IMG/VR virus record: IMGVR_UViG_3300035698_012962
Coordinates: 32,001 to 96,000 of that record
Source of the DNA: a virus
DNA length: 64,000 bases
Direction: 5' to 3' (one strand)
Part shown: piece by piece, positions 58,879 to 64,000 of the stretch
Layout of the letters: each line of letters starts with the position of its first letter
How positions within the stretch are numbered: the stretch's first letter is position 1
The notes under the pieces: model-generated
What the model was told of the DNA's origin: nothing
The model's database searches: none
Seen by the model: the letters and a program-made list of their open reading frames with translations, nothing else
Translations under genes and position numbers: made by a program

Positions 58879-61130
58879 AAATAATAGTTTAGTTCAAATT
58901 CATTAATAACGTTTTCTGATAGTAATAATCGTACCGATCCTAAATTACAATGAGTATTTTCATATAATACATCTTCTTCCACTTCATTGAGTAAGTCTGA
59001 AACCGTAGCCACCTTATATAAATCGGCTAACATAGGAAATGAAGATACTATTGAAGCTACATTATCAAATGCCGTTTCAATATCCTTCTTATCTTTTTTA
59101 TTTATATCTCTTTTTTCTCTATTTTTTATTGTATAATTCTTCCCACCTTTCAATTCACTATCACTAAATTTAGTTGATACTGCTTTATTTTTTTTGAAGG
59201 TTTTATCAAGAAACTCACTGAGTACTTTATGTAGATTATCCATATTAATCCAAGATTTAGCAGTGGCATGTAATTTGTGTTCCCGGTAATCACCATTGTT
59301 GATTACACCCATTACATCTTCTATATCAACTTCTTCAAAATTGGGCCCAGTTCCATTTCTATAGATATTATTATTATCCAACCACTCTTTAATTATTTCT
59401 TTAGGATCTTTTTCACCTTGTATAATTGCTCTTGATTTTGCAAATTCAAACACCATTTCAAATGTTCTATTAGGAACAAAATCAAAAACATATGCTACGT
59501 CCTTTCCTTTTAATGGGGATGATGCTCTAAATATAAATTGGAAATAACGTTCGGGTGACGTTGTCTCAGATAATACAAAACAAGCGTTCCAAGGTTCAAC
59601 TGTAGTTCCTTCGATAAATCTACCAATAGTAACTGTTATTGATTTTTCAAACTTATCGACCGCTTTTAATACCTCACTTACAGCTTTCACATTATTTCCA
59701 GATGCGTTAATAATTTTTGTGTTTTCATCTGTTAATCTTTCTAGCATTTTTGATAGTGCTGTTGCAGATGCTACTGAATTTCCAGGCAGTAACCAAACTG
59801 TGTGATTTAAATTTGATACTATACGGTATGGAGAATATTTAGCCTTTCCATTTAATATTTGCGTCATCCAATGTTCCACATCTCCTTCAAATACAAATTT
59901 ACCTTTTTTATCAGTTGCTAATAATTTTGTTATTCTGAATTGTTCATCATCTTTAAACGAATTCTTTTTAATAATAGAATTAGGAATTGATGGAATATAG
60001 GTTTTAAGAGTCACTGCATCATTCGGGATTCCATTTTCAATATCTTTTCTTTTATCTTGTTGTTGGTCGATATAATCATAAAAATAACTATCTTCATCTC
60101 CAAATCCTCTATTAACATAAGTCTTTAATGGTGTTCCTGATGCCCATGTTCTATGATCTGATTTGATAAGTTTTATAAGTTTTTCAAAGTTCTCTGTGTT
60201 TGTTCCTGAATGGCATTCATCAATAAAAACATCAGTGAAGTGAAATTTCTCTAAAAACTTTTGAACTTCTGATCCAGATTTTTCATTATAGATTAGTTGA
60301 GTGGATATGGCAATAACAGTCGGATTACTATAGTTCACAATATCAGGAGTTCTATCTTCTTCTTTTTGTAATTCTATATAATCCCAATCCTTATAATATA
60401 CGTGTTTATTTATATCCTTTTCCAAAGAAGCAAATACATTGGGTTTAGAAGTCAATACAAGGAAAACACTTTCTCTGTTTAAATATTTATCTTCAATCAA
60501 TGTTCGATTTGCAGTTAACCATGCAAAATTCTTTCCCCATCTCATAATTGCGGCTAATAAGTAATCAGTTCCACCTGATTTCCGATGTTTCACATATCCA
60601 TTAATAAATTCAATTTGCCGATCTCTAGGCGGATATGCAAGACGTTTTTTACTACCATATAAAATATAATTCACATTTTCAATGATCCGTTCTGGTTCAC
60701 ACTCGTAAATTTCAGTACTCGTTCCATCTGGATATATCCCTACTCCCTCTGACAATAAAGTTCGTCTTACAACTTGTTCAATTACATACGGTTCTTTTTT
60801 AATTTTAACACTTGATCGGTTGAAATTAACAGCCCATAATATAATTACAAAATCTGTAGTTGTCCCAAGATACCCATCAATTGTTGATTGGGGTGTTGAC
60901 CCGTATTCTGCTTTGGTTCCATATTCTCCGAATTTGGGTACTAGTGGTTCAAATCCCCTCTCTGCGTTCATATAAGAAGTTCCCCAAACCCACATATACA
61001 ACCCCTTACCATTTTCTCTAAATACATCAAATTCATTTGGACTCATAGTGGTTTTAAATTTTGCACCACCTTTGTTGCTCATAGAAATCGTAGGTAGATT
61101 TTTTACATACCTTGCTACTTCATCAATCAT
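58875..61130 (-). CDS. SF2 helicase / restriction-subunit-like protein
   Basis: Q motif PRDRQ, Walker A-like IMRWGKN, FIDECH, SGTP, EGTTV..W, YFQFIFR; coupled to the MTase (ATGA-type overlap). Confidence 0.75.
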   Translation of the reverse strand: MIDEVARYVKNLPTISMSNKGGAKFKTTMSPNEFDVFRENGKGLYMWVWGTSYMNAERGFEPLVPKFGEYGTKAEYGSTPQSTIDGYLGTTTDFVIILWAVNFNRSSVKIKKEPYVIEQVVRRTLLSEGVGIYPDGTSTEIYECEPERIIENVNYILYGSKKRLAYPPRDRQIEFINGYVKHRKSGGTDYLLAAIMRWGKNFAWLTANRTLIEDKYLNRESVFLVLTSKPNVFASLEKDINKHVYYKDWDYIELQKEEDRTPDIVNYSNPTVIAISTQLIYNEKSGSEVQKFLEKFHFTDVFIDECHSGTNTENFEKLIKLIKSDHRTWASGTPLKTYVNRGFGDEDSYFYDYIDQQQDKRKDIENGIPNDAVTLKTYIPSIPNSIIKKNSFKDDEQFRITKLLATDKKGKFVFEGDVEHWMTQILNGKAKYSPYRIVSNLNHTVWLLPGNSVASATALSKMLERLTDENTKIINASGNNVKAVSEVLKAVDKFEKSITVTIGRFIEGTTVEPWNACFVLSETTSPERYFQFIFRASSPLKGKDVAYVFDFVPNRTFEMVFEFAKSRAIIQGEKDPKEIIKEWLDNNNIYRNGTGPNFEEVDIEDVMGVINNGDYREHKLHATAKSWINMDNLHKVLSEFLDKTFKKNKAVSTKFSDSELKGGKNYTIKNREKRDINKKDKKDIETAFDNVASIVSSFPMLADLYKVATVSDLLNEVEEDVLYENTHCNLGSVRLLLSENVINEFELNYYL

Positions 61131-61163
61131 TGTATCTTTATTTTATATTATATGTCAAACTAT

Positions 61164-61952
61164 TTAATTACCAAACACTAATTTTACTTTATCTTCCACT
61201 TCATTCAATGGTGGAAAATGAACTACTTGAATCCTTGATCTTTCTACTACTAAATCTGGATTTGTATGTGCTTGGTGTTTTGGTGGGAGTGTATCTAATT
61301 CTTCCTTTGTGAAAGCTGATGATACAATACTTCGTTTTACGTATGTACCTTTCCTAAATTTATCAGGCAAATCCTTCCAATTTACACCTACAGAATGTAA
61401 CATCAACTTTTTCATTTCATCTCCGTTTTTGTTCTGTAGTTGTTTATGTGAAAAGAATGATTGTGCCAACATAGAAACTGAATTCTTTGTGGCATCGTTC
61501 TCTCGCCATAGTAATTGCGCAACAGCATCTTCTAATGTAGGTGTTTGATAAATTCTACTATCGAAGATTGCAATTTTATTGTGATTTGGTAAATGAATAT
61601 CAACCAATCTATTAAACTCAACAGATGCCTTAGAAGTTAATTTAGAAAGTATTTTTTGTTTTTTTCCTATATGATATAATGAAGAGTGTCGATTTGCTTC
61701 ATATAATACAAGTGTAATTTCATCTGATTGAGTATATCCTATTACTGCATTCGTTTCATCTACTAAATATTTAGTAAGTTCAATCATTATATCGGTTAAC
61801 TTTTCATCGAAAGGTCTTTCCAACCCATTTGTCCAATTATGAAAGTTGTTTCCATCTAATCTAATAATAACTGGAAGCGTTGGTATCATAATTTCTGGAG
61901 AGAAGCTCTTCTCTAACCATTTACACCAATCTCCTAATGTTTCAAATTTCAT
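61164..61952 (-). CDS. tRNA(His) guanylyltransferase Thg1-like protein
   Basis: IRLDGNNFH, PFD, YTQSDEITL, FDSR, WRENDATKNS, FSHKQL. Confidence 0.92.
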   Translation of the reverse strand: MKFETLGDWCKWLEKSFSPEIMIPTLPVIIRLDGNNFHNWTNGLERPFDEKLTDIMIELTKYLVDETNAVIGYTQSDEITLVLYEANRHSSLYHIGKKQKILSKLTSKASVEFNRLVDIHLPNHNKIAIFDSRIYQTPTLEDAVAQLLWRENDATKNSVSMLAQSFFSHKQLQNKNGDEMKKLMLHSVGVNWKDLPDKFRKGTYVKRSIVSSAFTKEELDTLPPKHQAHTNPDLVVERSRIQVVHFPPLNEVEDKVKLVFGN

Positions 61953-61954
61953 AT

Positions 61955-62149
61955 TTATTTATCCATGAGGTCTGTGATTAAAAGGTAAGCGCCTAATAAT
62001 GTAAATACAGGCCATAGTATTATTACTATTATTGTTAATGGAATTGCAACGGGTAAGGTTACATCATTACATCTATCAATGTATTTTCTCAATGAAAAAT
62101 CCATAACAATTCCTAAAAAAAGTATTCCTATTAGTAAATAAGTGATCAT
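61955..62149 (-). CDS. Small membrane protein
   Basis: Two hydrophobic segments, ILWPV. Confidence 0.6.
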   Translation of the reverse strand: MITYLLIGILFLGIVMDFSLRKYIDRCNDVTLPVAIPLTIIVIILWPVFTLLGAYLLITDLMDK

Positions 62150-62151
62150 AA

Positions 62152-62478
62152 TTAATAATGTTTATTTGTAAATTTACCTTGTCTAAAATTATATCTATAT
62201 CTATCATCTATGGATATTTGATGAAACTCATTTTCATTTACTTTCCATTTAAACGGAACATCTTTTTTGATATATCCAACTAAAATATATTGTGGAATTG
62301 ATTTTTCAATGAAATGTTTTTCAGTTACTTTTATATAAACTGTTTGAGATGTTCCTAATACATAATCACTTAGGGCAAAACTAATACTAATAAATATAAG
62401 TCCCCACCCGATGATACAAATTTGATAAAAAAGCCCAAAGTTCCAATATCGAACTAGTTTTAATATATACTTTTTCAT
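62152..62478 (-). CDS. Membrane-anchored hypothetical protein
   Basis: One TM and a small beta domain. Confidence 0.6.
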   Translation of the reverse strand: MKKYILKLVRYWNFGLFYQICIIGWGLIFISISFALSDYVLGTSQTVYIKVTEKHFIEKSIPQYILVGYIKKDVPFKWKVNENEFHQISIDDRYRYNFRQGKFTNKHY

Positions 62479-62651
62479 TCACTATCTCCATTTTTCAAAC
62501 CATTCATATATATATATGGTACAGTGAAAGCCATACTACCAAACCATCCTACGAAAAATTCATCAAATTCCAAAGTTCTCATAATAATTACAACTATAAT
62601 GGCAAATAGAAATCCAACAGTAAATTGTTTTAGTGCATTTTTTAAACTCAT
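62475..62651 (-). CDS. Small membrane protein (58 aa)
   Basis: Not in ORF track. MSLKNALKQFTVGFLFAIIVVIIM...; ATGA overlaps on both sides. Confidence 0.6.
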   Translation of the reverse strand: MSLKNALKQFTVGFLFAIIVVIIMRTLEFDEFFVGWFGSMAFTVPYIYMNGLKNGDSE

Positions 62652-62899
62652 AGTTCTCGTTTTCCCTTAAAAATTTCTAATTTATCATTAATGTTTTTAA
62701 TTATACGTCTACCCATTTCTAGTTTCGATATGTTAATATTATAATCATATAACGTATCAATCTCTTCGTTGACAGACGGTATAACCTTATCTAATGTGAA
62801 TTCTGCTAACAGTTTTCTAGCATAATCCTCTGTAGTACCAGCTTCTTCAACCAATAATGTTAATAGTGTATGTTCAACTACGTCTTTTCTTGTAATCAT
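62648..62899 (-). CDS. Hypothetical protein
   Basis: Coupled ORF. Confidence 0.6.
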   Translation of the reverse strand: MITRKDVVEHTLLTLLVEEAGTTEDYARKLLAEFTLDKVIPSVNEEIDTLYDYNINISKLEMGRRIIKNINDKLEIFKGKREL

Positions 62900-63147
62900 A
62901 ATTTTTCAGTTAAGGATTCTTTAATATTATTTCGAACAAACTCTTGTCCATTCAGACTTGACAACTTATATGATTTTTCAATGAGAGCTGATATTACATT
63001 TGGCGCACATAAATGATCTACACGGTTCATATTAATAGTCACTTGTGAACCAAATACATTACTGTGTGTTACTAAATCACCATCTACTCTCAATCCCATT
63101 TCTTTAAGAGAACGGATGCAGTAATCTTTATTTTCTTGTTTATCCAT
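62896..63147 (-). CDS. Hypothetical protein
   Basis: Coupled ORF. Confidence 0.6.
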   Translation of the reverse strand: MDKQENKDYCIRSLKEMGLRVDGDLVTHSNVFGSQVTINMNRVDHLCAPNVISALIEKSYKLSSLNGQEFVRNNIKESLTEKL

Positions 63148-63451
63148 TTTTATCCTCTTCTATTGGTTCATCTGGTCTTCTGTTTAGTAATAGTTTTTCT
63201 TTAATATTTACTTCTACACCACTATGTTCAACAAAATCGTTTACTATCCAACCAGCTTTACCAATTAATAGTCCTGGTTTTCGTAACTCTACTGTAAGAG
63301 TGTTTGTTGCTTCATCGTATGATAAATCAGTAACGCCCATTGTAAAGGTATTTGAAACTCCCTCTTTCCCAGGATAATCATATACGCCATCAAAGTAAGT
63401 TGTAAATGAAGATTTCACTTCCCATTCTTTTACTGTTTTTTCTGTTTTCAT
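63140..63451 (-). CDS. Stand-alone type II KH-domain protein (ribosomal protein S3-like loop)
   Basis: LTVELRKPGLLIGKAG...VEVNIKE. Confidence 0.65.
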   Translation of the reverse strand: MKTEKTVKEWEVKSSFTTYFDGVYDYPGKEGVSNTFTMGVTDLSYDEATNTLTVELRKPGLLIGKAGWIVNDFVEHSGVEVNIKEKLLLNRRPDEPIEEDKNG

Positions 63452-63482
63452 AGTTTAACATTAGTTTATCGTTTGTGTTGTT

Positions 63483-63511
63483 AACATACAAAAATACTCT
63501 ATCAATGTCAA
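63483..63511 (-). promoter_or_regulatory. Sigma70-type promoter
   Basis: TTGACA-N17-TATGTT. Confidence 0.7.
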
Positions 63512-63512
63512 A

Positions 63513-63764
63513 TTAAAAATTTAAAACTACCATTTCATTTAGTTGTTGTTCAATATCCATTGATAAGTTATATACTTCCATCACTATAGACATTGATTCC
63601 GCATCATTGTATTGCTCATATAAAAGTTCTGCTTCTTCTTTTGATGTTGCATATATAGGATAATCTATATAATCAAACGTATCACATACAACCAACATAT
63701 GAGTTGCATTCTTTTCATCTTTTTTATGTAACCAATGTCTAATTTGATTTTCTAATGTCGTCAT
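63513..63764 (-). CDS. Phage hypothetical protein
   Basis: ATHMLVVCDTFDYIDYP motif. Confidence 0.65.
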   Translation of the reverse strand: MTTLENQIRHWLHKKDEKNATHMLVVCDTFDYIDYPIYATSKEEAELLYEQYNDAESMSIVMEVYNLSMDIEQQLNEMVVLNF

Positions 63765-63769
63765 ATTTT

Positions 63770-64000
63770 TTATTTATCAAGCCTCCACCCTACGAATACA
63801 GGAAATCTAGGAATACCATCATCTGTCCATTCAAAGAATCTTATCTCTGCTGTTTTTCCAATATGTTCTTTTTTGTTTCTCAAAAGTTCTTCACGCTCTT
63901 CATGTGATAGTTTTGGATTTGCTTTAAACGTTTTTCCATTTTCTAATTCACATACTACAACACCTTGTTCTGGTCTTGCATCTGAAGGTTCAATATCAAT
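63770..64000 (-). CDS. ATP-dependent DNA ligase, C-terminal OB fold (5' truncated)
   Basis: Not in ORF track. ...IGKTAEIRFFEWTDDGIPRFPVFVGWRLDK*; RFP motif. Confidence 0.8.
   Translation of the reverse strand: MDIEPSDARPEQGVVVCELENGKTFKANPKLSHEEREELLRNKKEHIGKTAEIRFFEWTDDGIPRFPVFVGWRLDK

Noticed and set aside
61131-61158. TTGACA upstream of the helicase as a sigma70 promoter
   Set aside because: No acceptable -10 hexamer at 16-18 nt spacing before the ATG.
577-61548. Many short plus-strand ORFs in the track (e.g. 577..795, 14895..15212, 39407..39790, 45746..46132)
   Set aside because: They are antisense shadows of long motif-bearing minus-strand genes, with F/L/I/S-rich composition and no recognisable motifs.
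1-64000. Alternative genetic code (stop-codon recoding)
   Set aside because: Very long ORFs are intact under code 11, and TAA, TAG and TGA all end genes at tight gene junctions.
1-64000. tRNA or rRNA genes
   Set aside because: No cloverleaf or T-loop pattern seen in the short AT-rich intergenic gaps by eye; tRNAscan-SE would be decisive.

Overview
This window is 64 kb of an AT-rich, large tailed-phage genome with T4-like myovirus architecture and the standard genetic code. Almost all genes are on the minus strand. From left to right: (1) a head/packaging module with an intein-containing gp20-like portal, terminase large subunit, and several enzymes whose leaders look like T4 capsid-targeting/prohead-protease sites (GNAT, HAD nucleotidase, and a ParB-like + tRNA nucleotidyltransferase polyprotein); (2) phoH and a five-gene glycosylation cassette (glf, GT11, GT25, GT4-like, GT60-like), bracketed by a diverged ~400-bp direct repeat carrying arrays of TAGTGT-NN-ACACTA palindromes; (3) a 2230-aa tail fibre with an S74 chaperone, an unannotated ribbon-helix-helix gene, an SbcD-SbcC fusion, primase and a GIY-YIG nuclease; (4) a baseplate/tail module and a phage sigma factor; (5) an early/accessory region with peptide deformylase, thyA, ATP-grasp, Rnl1 RNA ligase, a helicase + N6-MTase pair with deviant catalytic motifs, Thg1, a KH-domain protein and the 3' end of DNA ligase. 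Two promoter classes are readable from the DNA: seven TTGACW-N17-(TATAAT-like) sigma70-type promoters and ten TAYTTATA putative late motifs, plus one TATTTATT variant. No tRNA, rRNA or CRISPR array was seen. All assignments come from motifs recognised by eye; no database search was run.
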